From assembly GCA_040755455.1 (NCBI GenBank), contig JBFMAY010000025.1, positions 1-62,750 of the forward strand: DNA of 62,750 nucleotides. The letters run 5' to 3'. This DNA comes from Thermodesulfobacteriota bacterium. Its GTDB lineage: Bacteria; Desulfobacterota; Desulfobulbia; Desulfobulbales; SURF-16. Under the pieces are notes generated by a model. The model made no database searches, had not been told where the DNA came from, and worked only from the letters and a program-made list of their open reading frames with translations. Shown here in pieces: positions 27,508-36,875 of the stretch; positions within the stretch are counted from its first letter, which is position 1; each line of letters begins with the position of its first letter. A program made the position numbers and the translations under genes.

Positions 27508-28833
27508 ATGGAGCATACACTGATCAGCGCCGGCGATTATTTGATCGAGCATTCCGGCCGGTATCGGATTTTTGAGGCCTTGCTGCTGACCTGCGTCGGT
27601 GTCGCCGTTTATGATAAGACTGCCGGCGTTGGTGGCCTGTGTCATATTCTTCTGCCTGATCCCCCGGAACAGGAGAACTCCTGGCAGCCGAAGAGCTATG
27701 CCTCATCATGTCTGGCCCTCTTTATCGACGATCTGCTTAAAAGCGGGGCGAAGCTCAGCAGGCTTGAGGCGGTGGTCGCCGGGGGTGCTTTGGGAATCCC
27801 CTTTTCACAATATGATTTGCAGCTTGATATCGGAGGGCGGACCTGTGAATGCGTGTACCGTTTTTTGAAACGTCACGCCATCCCGGTAAAAATATCGGAA
27901 ACAGGCGGCTGCTTCGGCATGAAGATTTGTGTCAACACCGCAACCTGGCATGTCAGGATAATGCAGTTTTTCCGGTCCGAGGATTGTTTAAAACCGATCA
28001 GCAAACCTTCACCGCCGCAGATCAGAGAGGCTATCATCAACGCCAAACCGATTCCCCAGATCACGATCAAGTTGATACGTCTCATGCATACCGGCAATTA
28101 CGACATGCATGAAATTGCCGAAGAGGTATGCCTTGACCAGGTGTTGAGCGCCAAGGTCATCAGTTATTGCAATTCAGCGTTGGTCAGCCCGCAGAGGAAG
28201 ATCGATTCCATTGAAAGAGCCACTCTGGTGCTCGGGGAAATCCGGCTGCTGGAGATCGTGATTTCCACTTCACTGCGTGATTTTTTTGAAAAACAGGGGG
28301 GCGGCTATTCCCTGATCAGGGGAGGACTTTTCAAGCATTCGCTCGCCGTTGCCCATTTAACCAAGGTTATTGCCCGGAAAATACCGCGGTTGGATGTCCA
28401 GACCGCCTATACGGCGGGCCTGCTGCATGACATCGGCAAAATCGTGCTGGACCAGTATGTGGCCGAGACCAGGCCGATGTTTTACTGCAGCCAACGGGAG
28501 GGCGTGGCTGACTTGATCAGTATCGAGCGGGAGGCATTTGCCACCGACCATCAGAAGATTGGCGGAGAACTGGCCGCCATATGGAATCTGCCGGAAAATC
28601 TGGGTGAAGCGGCGAGCCTCCATCATTATCCTGAAAGGGCGATGATCAATCCGGAACTGGTGCACGCTGTCTATATCGCCGACCTTCTTGCTTCGTGGTT
28701 TATGGCCGGGGTTGAAATTGAAATAATAAACACGGCAAATCTTGGGGAAAGACTGGGGCGAATCGGCTTAGATGTGGCGGTCATTCCGGAAATCGTCGGC
28801 AGTGTCCCCTGGCATGAGTTGATGTACATCTAG
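27508..28833 (+). CDS. CheD-like deamidase fused to HDOD domain
   Basis: TCVGVAVYD…GGLCHILLP…VAGGA…ETGG (CheD); DQVLSAKVISYCNS, HSLAVA, GLLHDIGK, WNLP (HDOD). Confidence 0.85.
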   Translation: MEHTLISAGDYLIEHSGRYRIFEALLLTCVGVAVYDKTAGVGGLCHILLPDPPEQENSWQPKSYASSCLALFIDDLLKSGAKLSRLEAVVAGGALGIPFSQYDLQLDIGGRTCECVYRFLKRHAIPVKISETGGCFGMKICVNTATWHVRIMQFFRSEDCLKPISKPSPPQIREAIINAKPIPQITIKLIRLMHTGNYDMHEIAEEVCLDQVLSAKVISYCNSALVSPQRKIDSIERATLVLGEIRLLEIVISTSLRDFFEKQGGGYSLIRGGLFKHSLAVAHLTKVIARKIPRLDVQTAYTAGLLHDIGKIVLDQYVAETRPMFYCSQREGVADLISIEREAFATDHQKIGGELAAIWNLPENLGEAASLHHYPERAMINPELVHAVYIADLLASWFMAGVEIEIINTANLGERLGRIGLDVAVIPEIVGSVPWHELMYI

Positions 28834-28952
28834 GGTTGCAAGTGGTAAAATGATTTTTTCTCGCAATATGCCGAGGGCCGGATTACCATAACTATGAATA
28901 TTTCTTTAAATTTGTGTAGATTGCAGATTTGCCCATTCATTTTCAAGGTCTG

Positions 28953-31900
28953 ATGATGCCGGACAAAAAACAATTTATCACTGCCGGCAAACGCTTCCTG
29001 AAACTCTACCTTCCGCTTTTTCTGTTTCTTTTCGCCATCGTGCTTGCCGGCTCTGTCGCCAATATCCGTGAATGCAAGCGGCAGCAGCAGCAAAAGGCCA
29101 CGGCCTGTGTTAGGATGGTGCATACCGCCATTGACCATGTCATCTCCCTGCTCGCCTCCGATCTGCAGTATCTTTCCACCCTTCCTGTATTGAATTCCTT
29201 CCTGTCTGTCGGGGATGATGCGGCGCGGCAGAGGCTGACGGAACAATACGCCGGCTTTGCCGGCACAAGGGCTGGCTATGCCCGCATAAGCTATTTGTCG
29301 GACAGCGGGGTTGTTCTGGTCAGGGTAGGTTCCTCGGCGCCGTCTGCAGCAATGACCCCGGGCGAAAAGTTGGCGGATAATTCCCAAGCCGCCTTTTTCC
29401 AGCAAGCCAAATTGCAGGGCCAGGGGGAGATGTATCTGGCTGATGCTGATAGTGATGCTGGATCGGTGGTTATTGCGGCGACCCCGGTTTTTGACGGCAA
29501 CGGTCGAATGCGGGGCATGGTGGTGGTCGAATGCCGGCCCCAGCTTTTTATCAAGGACCTGCAGGAGATTGCCGACGCATTTCCCGGCAGGATTTCTCTG
29601 ATAAACAGGTGGGGAGGCGAGTTCATCCGGCTGGGAGACCGAAGTGATGCCAATGTGCCGGAGAGCCGCAACGACTCATTTGCCATCCGGCACCCTGAGA
29701 GCTGGGGAAAAATCGCCACCGCCGACCATGGGCAATTGCAGGACGGGCAGGAAACCGTCACCTTTGCCACCTATCATCCGGTAAAGACCAGAGGGCCGGC
29801 CGGCGCGGTCCAGGAAGCGGCGGCAAACATTGCCGCTGGCCAGGGGAACGATTTTTACTGGAAAATAATCAATAAGTTGTCGCCCGGTTCCGTGCGCGCG
29901 GCCGATTTTGTTTTTCTCAGGCAACTTTTCCTTGCCGGGGCGGGCCTTGCCCTGCTGTTGGCGGTGGGCGTGGCGATCGGCCTGAGAAACCGTTCGTCGC
30001 GGGGAGCTGATGAGGAATCACTTGTCTTCCAGGCCTTGCAGCAGAGCAGCGCCCCGCTGGTTATTATCGACCGGCTGGGTGATATTGAGTATGTAAACAA
30101 GGCGTTCAGCATGCTATTTGGATACCCGGCGGATGAGGCCATTGGGAAGAATTTGCGCGAGATCAGCGGCGAATCGGCAGAGGGATCGGTATTGGCCATG
30201 TGGGAAAGTCTCCGGTCGGGACAGGAGTGGCATGGAGAAGTCCAACTCAGCAAGAAAGACGGGGAGCAGTTCTGGGGGCATGTCTCCATTGCGCCTCTCA
30301 GGGACAAGAGCGGCGCCATCAGCCATTTTGTCGTGATCAAGGAGGATATATCCGGGCAGAGGATGGTTGAGCAGGAGTTGCGCCGTCTGGCCTCGTTCCC
30401 GGAGGATGATGCTCATATGATCATCGAAATCAATCTGCATGGCCAGATCACCTATGCCAATCCGGCATGTCGGTATCGCTTTCCTGGTGCCGGGCATGAC
30501 CTCGATCATCCGCTGCTCCAGGGGCTCGAGTCCCGGTTGCTGCATTTTGATGAAAAACGGTGGGAGGATTTTTCCGATGAGCTCGCTATCGAAGGTAGTC
30601 ATTTTGACCGGCGGGTGAAATTTATCCGAGGAAACAGCTTGATCCACATCTATGGTTTTGAAACGACCTCGATGAAGGAGATCGAGCGCTCCCTGCAATG
30701 GGCGAAACAGGAGGCGGTGGAGGCCCGCCGGATGAAGAGCTTTTTTCTGGCCAACATGGGCCATGAGATCAGGACCCCGCTAAACGCCATTCTCGGCTAT
30801 GCCGATCTGATGCTGATGGATGCAGCAACGCCGGTGGATAAAAAGCGGCTTGGCATCATCAGCAGGGCCGGCAAAAATCTTCTGGCCCTTATTAATGACA
30901 TTCTGGATTTTGCCAATATTGAGGCAGGCAAGCTGGAAATCGTTTACCATGAGTTTTCCCTGCGCCAGGCCCTGCACGATCTTGGGCAGATGTTTACCCC
31001 CCAGGCGGCGGAAAAGGGAATTGATTTTCGTATTTCCGGCCACGGCGACATGCCGGACAGGGTCATTGGCGACAGCATCCGCCTTAACCAGATCCTGATC
31101 AATCTGCTCAGCAATAGCTTTAAATTCACGGAAAAGGGGTCCATTACCCTCCATTGCAGCTACGCGGGCGACACGGCAATTTTTACCGTGGCTGATACTG
31201 GTATCGGAATTTCCAGGGAACAGCAGAATGTTATTTTTGCCGAGTTTCAGCAGGGCGATGCCGCCTCCACCCGCAAGTATGGCGGGACAGGCCTTGGTCT
31301 GAGCATTACCAGCCGCCTGGTCTCGTTGATGAACGGTTCGATTCGCCTTGAGAGCGATATCGGCCAGGGCGCGGTTTTTACCGTGCGTTTGCCATTTCAG
31401 CAATCGTCCTCGCCTGACACGGGCGCAGCTCCTGAACAGGATGTGCAGATATCCGGGGAAATGCTGACCTCCGCCCTGGCGGACGCCGGGGTGAAATTGC
31501 GGGTCTTACTGGCTGAAGACGATGAAATGAACCAGAACCTCATCCGGGAGATGCTCCGCAATCTCGGGCTCAATACAGTTGTTGCCGCCAACGGGCAGGA
31601 GGCCTTGGACAGGCTGGCGGAAGCTGATTTTGATCTGCTGATTCTCGATATGCAGATGCCCGTGCTTGACGGTATGCAGACCATCGAGCGCATCCGCAAA
31701 AACGACAGATGGCAGCAACTCTACGTCATCGCCCTGACCGGTGAGGCCATGCCGGGCGATAAGGAAAAATTTCTCCAGCTCGGCTGTAATGATTATCTGG
31801 CCAAGCCGTTGGAGCTGGGGGTGTTTTACCGGAAGATTTATTTTCTGGTGGCTGGCAGGTTTTCCCTGGCGACCGGGGAAAACCTGGGGGCCAGAGCCTT

Positions 31901-32192
31901 TGTCGCGAGCGCGGGTTTTGTGCCCAGCCGGGAATTGTGTTTTCATATCGCCCAGGCCATTGATGTGTTGCAGAAGAACCTGAAAATTTTCAATCCGGAC
32001 CAGATCCGTAATCTGGCCGCCTCTTTTGCCGACTTTATCTCTATTAAGGAAATCCGCAATCTGCAGCAGGAACTGCTGCAGATTGCCGCAACTTTTGATG
32101 ATGAGGCCCTGCCTCAGCTCATCAGAAAACTGGAGGCGCTCTCTCTCGATGGTAGCAACAGACAAGGTAAAGAACAAAATTCTGATCGTTGA
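28953..32192 (+). CDS. hybrid sensor histidine kinase (periplasmic Cache-like, PAS, HisKA, HATPase, REC)
   Basis: Two TM segments; YVNKAF PAS; LANMGHEIRTPLN; NLLSNSFKFT, DTGIGI, GGTGLGL; AEDD…LDMQMP…KP. Confidence 0.92.
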   Translation: MMPDKKQFITAGKRFLKLYLPLFLFLFAIVLAGSVANIRECKRQQQQKATACVRMVHTAIDHVISLLASDLQYLSTLPVLNSFLSVGDDAARQRLTEQYAGFAGTRAGYARISYLSDSGVVLVRVGSSAPSAAMTPGEKLADNSQAAFFQQAKLQGQGEMYLADADSDAGSVVIAATPVFDGNGRMRGMVVVECRPQLFIKDLQEIADAFPGRISLINRWGGEFIRLGDRSDANVPESRNDSFAIRHPESWGKIATADHGQLQDGQETVTFATYHPVKTRGPAGAVQEAAANIAAGQGNDFYWKIINKLSPGSVRAADFVFLRQLFLAGAGLALLLAVGVAIGLRNRSSRGADEESLVFQALQQSSAPLVIIDRLGDIEYVNKAFSMLFGYPADEAIGKNLREISGESAEGSVLAMWESLRSGQEWHGEVQLSKKDGEQFWGHVSIAPLRDKSGAISHFVVIKEDISGQRMVEQELRRLASFPEDDAHMIIEINLHGQITYANPACRYRFPGAGHDLDHPLLQGLESRLLHFDEKRWEDFSDELAIEGSHFDRRVKFIRGNSLIHIYGFETTSMKEIERSLQWAKQEAVEARRMKSFFLANMGHEIRTPLNAILGYADLMLMDAATPVDKKRLGIISRAGKNLLALINDILDFANIEAGKLEIVYHEFSLRQALHDLGQMFTPQAAEKGIDFRISGHGDMPDRVIGDSIRLNQILINLLSNSFKFTEKGSITLHCSYAGDTAIFTVADTGIGISREQQNVIFAEFQQGDAASTRKYGGTGLGLSITSRLVSLMNGSIRLESDIGQGAVFTVRLPFQQSSSPDTGAAPEQDVQISGEMLTSALADAGVKLRVLLAEDDEMNQNLIREMLRNLGLNTVVAANGQEALDRLAEADFDLLILDMQMPVLDGMQTIERIRKNDRWQQLYVIALTGEAMPGDKEKFLQLGCNDYLAKPLELGVFYRKIYFLVAGRFSLATGENLGARAFVASAGFVPSRELCFHIAQAIDVLQKNLKIFNPDQIRNLAASFADFISIKEIRNLQQELLQIAATFDDEALPQLIRKLEALSLDGSNRQGKEQNSDR

Positions 32193-33216
32193 TGATATCG
32201 CCCAGAACCGCAGGCTCCTTGCCGAACTTCTGGTGCAGAGCCTGGATTGTCAGATTCGCATGGCGGCAAATGGCGCTGCCGTGCTCGACATGATCGAACA
32301 TGATCTGCCGGATCTGATTCTGCTTGATATCATGATGCCGGGGATGGACGGCTTTCATGTTTCCCGGCTGCTGCAGGATAAGCAGAAGGCCCGGGAAATT
32401 CCCATTATCTTTATCACCGCCAAAACGGATGTGGAAAGCAAGGTGGAAGCCTTCCGCAACGGCGGGGTCGACTATGTGACCAAACCCTTTAACAAGGACG
32501 AGCTGCTGGCAAGGGTCAAGGCCCAGCTCCGCCTGAAAAATCTGCAGGATGAGCTGCGCCAGAAGAACAGGATGCTGGCCGACCGGGAAGTACATCTCAC
32601 CCATCTGGTGGATGAGAAGACCCTGACCATTGAAAAAATGACCTTGGGCCTGGTGACAGTGCTGGAGAATGCCAACCTGGCCAATGATGGTGAAACAGGC
32701 AATCATATCCGCCGGGTGAGTGAATATGCCACCCTGCTGGCCGATACCTATGGGGCGGACAGGACTTTTGTCAAACGTATCAGGCTGTATGCTTCGCTGC
32801 ACGATGTCGGCAAGGTCGGCATTGCCGATGCCATTTTAAAAAAGCCGGGCAGCTATACGCCGGAGGAATTCGAGGCAATGAAGCAGCATGTGGTTATCGG
32901 CCACCGCATGCTCGATAATGCGGAGATTGACCCCATGGCCCGTAACATCGCCTATTTCCATCACGAAAAGTGGGACGGCAGCGGCTATGTCAACGGTTTG
33001 AGCGGCGAGGCCATTCCCCTGGAAGCCCGCATCGTTGCCCTGGCGGATGTCTTTGACGCCCTGACCACGGTGCGGGTATATAAGGAAGCCTTTCCCGTCT
33101 CCGAGGCGGAAAGGATCATTCTGGCAGAAAAAGGACGCCATTTCGATCCCGGGGTCGTTGAGGCGTTTTTCAAACGAAAAGAGGAATTTATCCGCATTAA
33201 GGAATTATTGGCGTGA
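32149..33216 (+). CDS. response regulator with HD-GYP domain (RpfG-like)
   Basis: IVDD…LDIMMP…KP receiver; ETGNHIRRV, LHDVGK, HHEKWDGSGYV, ADVFDAL. Confidence 0.92.
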   Translation: MVATDKVKNKILIVDDIAQNRRLLAELLVQSLDCQIRMAANGAAVLDMIEHDLPDLILLDIMMPGMDGFHVSRLLQDKQKAREIPIIFITAKTDVESKVEAFRNGGVDYVTKPFNKDELLARVKAQLRLKNLQDELRQKNRMLADREVHLTHLVDEKTLTIEKMTLGLVTVLENANLANDGETGNHIRRVSEYATLLADTYGADRTFVKRIRLYASLHDVGKVGIADAILKKPGSYTPEEFEAMKQHVVIGHRMLDNAEIDPMARNIAYFHHEKWDGSGYVNGLSGEAIPLEARIVALADVFDALTTVRVYKEAFPVSEAERIILAEKGRHFDPGVVEAFFKRKEEFIRIKELLA

Positions 33217-33425
33217 ATTCAGGTGAAAATAAAGCAACTGGCCCGGAGGATAACAGCACCCATCCGGCGGGTGATGGCCTCGAAGCGCTGACCATCAAGA
33301 TTCGGCCGGACCTTTACCGGGCTTACCAGCGCTGCAGCTGGATTATCATCCATGAAACGGGACGCAGCCAGCTTGACGTCATGCAGGAGATGGTTGAGGA
33401 TTTTCTTATTAAGCATGGTTGTTGA
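33213..33425 (+). CDS. small hypothetical protein, ribbon-helix-helix-like
   Basis: GTGA overlap with the upstream stop; LTIKI strand then two amphipathic helices around ETGRS. Confidence 0.55.
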   Translation: MNSGENKATGPEDNSTHPAGDGLEALTIKIRPDLYRAYQRCSWIIIHETGRSQLDVMQEMVEDFLIKHGC

Positions 33426-33477
33426 AGGGATTTGTTTTCATCGTTGATTCATTGCCGGGGCAGAGTTTGCGGCGAGC

Positions 33478-33513
33478 AAAAAAGAAGCGGCGCAGGGTGA
33501 AGGCCTGCGCCGC
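33478..33513 (-). terminator. intrinsic terminator (identical copy at 34562-34597)
   Basis: GCGGCGCAGG-N7-CCTGCGCCGC with an A-run on the left. Confidence 0.75.
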
Positions 33514-33539
33514 GTGCCAGCAGAAGCTAAAAAGGGTCG

Positions 33540-33851
33540 TTATTTGCTCGGTGCTTCAGCCTCTGTCGGTTTGAGGGATTTGTAGTAAACCGGGAAGGCG
33601 ACAAAGAAGGCGACGGCGATGAGGTATTCCACGCCCTTGATGTGGGTGTAGTAATCCACCATGGTTTCGTATTCGCCGAGGTTGCCGGTTGCGACCAGAA
33701 ACTGGCGGCACATTTCTGAAACCTGCCAGTTCACCGAGGCAAGACCGGTCATCAGCATGGTTATGGACCAGAGACCGATGACGCCGCCGATTGCTGCCAC
33801 AATGCCGAAAAATACTCCTGAGCCCTTGGTTGTTTTTTCCTGTGAATCCAT
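33540..33851 (-). CDS. small membrane protein (103 aa) with HmcD-like C-terminus, copy B
   Basis: GAGGAG RBS; two hydrophobic segments; differences from the copy at 34624-34935 are almost all synonymous. Confidence 0.8.
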   Translation of the reverse strand: MDSQEKTTKGSGVFFGIVAAIGGVIGLWSITMLMTGLASVNWQVSEMCRQFLVATGNLGEYETMVDYYTHIKGVEYLIAVAFFVAFPVYYKSLKPTEAEAPSK

Positions 33852-33937
33852 GATATTCTCCTCTGCTTTATCAGTTGTTGAAGAGTGTGGCCGCTCTCCC
33901 GCCCGCCCTTGCGGGGGAGTGCGGTTTAAGAACCTTA

Positions 33938-34135
33938 TCAGCCGCCCATTACCGCGGAAACCCAACCCTTGATCATGCCGGCGATGCCGTACTGGCAGAT
34001 GCCGCTGATGAGGCAGGCAACGCCCCAGGTGCCGATCATGGCACTCAGGAGGCCGATCAAACCGATGCCGATCTTGGAAACTGATTCTTGTTCATGGGCC
34101 TGTACTGTTGTTGTGGTCTTGGCTATTGCTTTCAT
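33938..34135 (-). CDS. small membrane protein (65 aa), copy B
   Basis: GAGGAG RBS; IGTWGVACLISG motif; paralog of 35287-35484. Confidence 0.8.
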   Translation of the reverse strand: MKAIAKTTTTVQAHEQESVSKIGIGLIGLLSAMIGTWGVACLISGICQYGIAGMIKGWVSAVMGG

Positions 34136-34192
34136 GGTGTTTCTCCTCTTGCCTGTCCTTATGATCAGTGATTGTCTTTGTATATTAATATT

Positions 34193-34208
34193 AGCACCAG
34201 CCGTGCCA
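34193..34208 (-). promoter_or_regulatory. sigma54 promoter, unit B
   Basis: Minus strand TGGCAC-GGCTG-GTGCT, conserved in unit A. Confidence 0.75.
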
Positions 34209-34296
34209 AAGGGTCGCGCAACAGGAAGAAATAGCATAACTAATCGAAATTAAAGAAAAAGATTTATAGCGCGACAGCCAGTTGCCAGATTTATGG

Positions 34297-34361
34297 GTGT
34301 GGCGGGAAGTGTGGATGCAACACAATGTGTGGCGCGGTCATGCCACGGTGTTGTGGTATGG
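34297..34361. promoter_or_regulatory. conserved TGTGG-rich upstream activating region, unit B
   Basis: 65-bp block conserved with 35645-35709 while the flanks diverge. Confidence 0.6.
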
Positions 34362-34623
34362 ACAATGGGAGAAAATCAATAGCGGGGATGAAACGAGCGG
34401 CCGTGAATTGCGGGCTAGGGCTTGCGCAAGAAGACTTCGCACTACCGGGGCTGGCCACGGTCAGTCAACGCTTGCTGAGCAATATCGGCTATCGGCATTG
34501 AAGAGGCCGCATGGGCAATAAACGATACCTGGTGAATGTATCTCGTATGGCAGCGGCGAGCAAAAAAGAAGCGGCGCAGGGTGAAGGCCTGCGCCGCGTG
34601 CCAGCAGAAGCTAAAAAGGGTCG

Positions 34624-34935
34624 TTATTTGCTCGGTGCTTCAGCCTCTGTGGGTTTGAGGGATTTGTAGTAAACCGGGAAGGCGACAAAGAAGGCGACGG
34701 CGATGAGGTATTCCACCCCCTTGATGTGGGTATAGTAATCAACCATGGTTTCGTATTCGCCGAGGTTGCCGGTTGCGACCAGAAACTGGCGGCACATTTC
34801 TGAAACCTGCCAGTTCACCGAGGCAAGACCGGTCATCAACATGGTTATGGACCAGAGGCCGATGACGCCGCCGATTGCTGCCACAATGCCGAAAAATACT
34901 CCTGAGCCCTTGGTTGTTTTTTCCTGTGATTCCAT
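34624..34935 (-). CDS. small membrane protein (103 aa) with HmcD-like C-terminus, copy A
   Basis: GGGAG RBS; identical to copy B except residue 2 (E/D). Confidence 0.8.
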   Translation of the reverse strand: MESQEKTTKGSGVFFGIVAAIGGVIGLWSITMLMTGLASVNWQVSEMCRQFLVATGNLGEYETMVDYYTHIKGVEYLIAVAFFVAFPVYYKSLKPTEAEAPSK

Positions 34936-35022
34936 GATATTCTCCCTGTACATTATCAATTGGTGAAGATGATGCCCGCTTTCCCGCCCGCCCTTGCGGG
35001 GGAGTGCGGTTTATGAATCTTA

Positions 35023-35235
35023 TCAGCCGCCGAGGACCGCTTCAAGCCATCCTGCGGCCAAGCGGGCAAAGCCGTTCTGGGCAAGAGCGCTGAGCAGACA
35101 GGTTGCACCCCATAATCCGCTCAGGGCGGTGAATGCTACGATAACTCCCAGGCCGACTTCAGCGGCCTGTTGATCAATCGCCTTCTGGCTGGTGCTATCA
35201 ACGGTGGTGGTTTTTGCGATCGTGGTAGCTTTCAT
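35023..35235 (-). CDS. small membrane protein (70 aa), same family
   Basis: GGGAGG RBS; SGLWGATCLLSA…GWLEAVLGG parallels IGTWGVACLISG…GWVSAVMGG. Confidence 0.75.
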   Translation of the reverse strand: MKATTIAKTTTVDSTSQKAIDQQAAEVGLGVIVAFTALSGLWGATCLLSALAQNGFARLAAGWLEAVLGG

Positions 35236-35286
35236 GGTGTGCCTCCCTGTTATCCTGCGATATGATTTAGAATTTTAGTGAATGTC

Positions 35287-35484
35287 TTAGCCGCCCATTA
35301 CTGCGGAAACCCAACCCTTGATCATGCCGGCGATGCCGTACTGGCAGATACCGCTGATGAGGCAAGCAACGCCCCAGGTGCCGATCATGGCGCTCAGGAT
35401 GCCGATCAAACCGATGCCGATCTGGGAAACTGATTCTTGTTCATGTGCCTGTACGGTTGTGGTGGTCTTGGCTATTGCGTTCAT
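35287..35484 (-). CDS. small membrane protein (65 aa), copy A
   Basis: GAGGAG RBS; three amino-acid differences from copy B. Confidence 0.8.
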   Translation of the reverse strand: MNAIAKTTTTVQAHEQESVSQIGIGLIGILSAMIGTWGVACLISGICQYGIAGMIKGWVSAVMGG

Positions 35485-35540
35485 GGTGTTTCTCCTCTTG
35501 CCTGTTCTTTGGTCAGTGATTGTCTTTGTTTAATAGTAAA

Positions 35541-35556
35541 AGCACCAGTCGTGCCA
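35541..35556 (-). promoter_or_regulatory. sigma54 promoter, unit A
   Basis: Minus strand TGGCAC-GACTG-GTGCT. Confidence 0.75.
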
Positions 35557-35644
35557 AGGGGACGCGCCACAGCTTAAAATAGTATAACTTCTTGGAATTA
35601 AAATAAAAAAAATATAACGCTACAGTTGGCGAGCAGGTGATGCA

Positions 35645-35709
35645 GTGTGGCAGGAAGTGTGGATGCAACACAATGTGTGGCATGGCCATGCTACAGTGTT
35701 GTGGTATGG
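35645..35709. promoter_or_regulatory. conserved TGTGG-rich upstream activating region, unit A
   Basis: Contains TGTG-N7-CACA and the near-perfect palindrome TGTGGCATGGCCATGCTACA. Confidence 0.6.
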
Positions 35710-35894
35710 TTCATGGGAGGATACCGAGCAAGGCGCGGACGATAACTTGCTGGATCAAAAGGAAAATGTAGCAGAAAGGCTGTGGCGACCGGCTGGGCAA
35801 CGCACAGCAGCAGGCTAGGGCGAGCCCATACCGGCTTATTTTTTGCCTGTAATGGTGTTTAGCGGGGGATAAGGCGGGGAAATGCCATTTGCGC

Positions 35895-35922
35895 AAAAAA
35901 AAGGGTGCCCCGAAGGACACCC
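35895..35922 (-). terminator. intrinsic terminator of the peroxiredoxin gene
   Basis: A-run then GGGTGCCC-cgaa-GGACACCC. Confidence 0.65.
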
Positions 35923-35942
35923 CCAGGATAAAAAAGGCAATG

Positions 35943-36593
35943 TTATTTTTCCAGGGGTTTGTGGCAGAACCACCAGTCATAACAGTCGTACTGTTTGAGC
36001 CGGTCTTTGGCCAGGAAGACATCGCCGGCGGGCGGCACGATGACGCGGTCGCCAAGCATTTCATTGTTGGGCCAGTCGGCGGGCATGGCTCCCTGTTTGT
36101 CCGAGGTCTGCAGGGCCTTGACGGCGCGCACGATCTCATCCATGTTGCGGCCGATCTCCTGGGGATAATAGATAACCAGGCGTACCTTGCCGAAAGGATC
36201 GACGATAAAAACGGCACGCACGGTGTTGGTTCCCTTGCCCGGATGGAGAAGCCCCAGTTTCATGGCAATATGGTCATTGGCGGCAATAATCGGAAACTGG
36301 ATTTCAACATTGAGCTTTTCCTTGATCCATTCAATCCATTTGATGTGGGAGAAAACCTGATCAATGGACAGACCGATCAACTCGCAGTTCATCGCCTTAA
36401 ATTGGTCGAATCTTTTCTGGAAGCCGACAAATTCCGTGGTGCAAACCGGGGTAAAATCGGCGGGATGACTGAAAAGAACAAACCATTTTCCCGCCAGATC
36501 ACCGGGAATACTCATGGGGCCGTGGGTTGTCTGGACGGTCATTGCCGGGAACAGATCTCCTAAAAGCGGCATGTGCATTTTATTTTCCTCCAT
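35943..36593 (-). CDS. peroxiredoxin (Prx6 subfamily)
   Basis: [37 protein letters not shown]-terminal DWWFC. Confidence 0.95.
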   Translation of the reverse strand: MEENKMHMPLLGDLFPAMTVQTTHGPMSIPGDLAGKWFVLFSHPADFTPVCTTEFVGFQKRFDQFKAMNCELIGLSIDQVFSHIKWIEWIKEKLNVEIQFPIIAANDHIAMKLGLLHPGKGTNTVRAVFIVDPFGKVRLVIYYPQEIGRNMDEIVRAVKALQTSDKQGAMPADWPNNEMLGDRVIVPPAGDVFLAKDRLKQYDCYDWWFCHKPLEK

Positions 36594-36816
36594 TGTTAGT
36601 CTCCTTTTTTATTTGTTTTCAGATTTCGTTTTTAACGGCCATAATTGCTATGAACTAATAGTTAAGGGTGCGCCGCTTACCGTTGTAATCAGGCATTTCT
36701 TGGTGCCAGGCAAACAGCAACCTCATTTTCCCGCTGAGAATTCTGGGCGTTTAAAAAATAAATTAGAAAAAATTATTTCCATCTGTACAAACCGATAAAA
36801 ATCGGTTATCAAGATA

Positions 36817-36829
36817 AGTAATTTTTACT
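36817..36829. promoter_or_regulatory. PerR-like operator
   Basis: Palindrome AGTAA-TTT-TTACT in the divergent region; a second palindrome AACCGAT-AAAA-ATCGGTT at 36790-36807. Confidence 0.5.
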
Positions 36830-36875
36830 AAATATATCTTAATTGATTAAATTGTAAAGCGAAAAAGGAGGAGAC

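Larger units (their letters stand above)
33469..34361. repeat. tandem duplication, unit B (partner of 34553-35709)
   Basis: 33469 to about 33945 is near-identical to 34553 to about 35030; 33938-34361 is similar to 35287-35709. Confidence 0.9.

Noticed and set aside
34297..34361. TGTGG repeats as a mini CRISPR or iteron array
   Set aside because: Units are too short and irregular, there are no cas or rep genes, and the position fits an enhancer.
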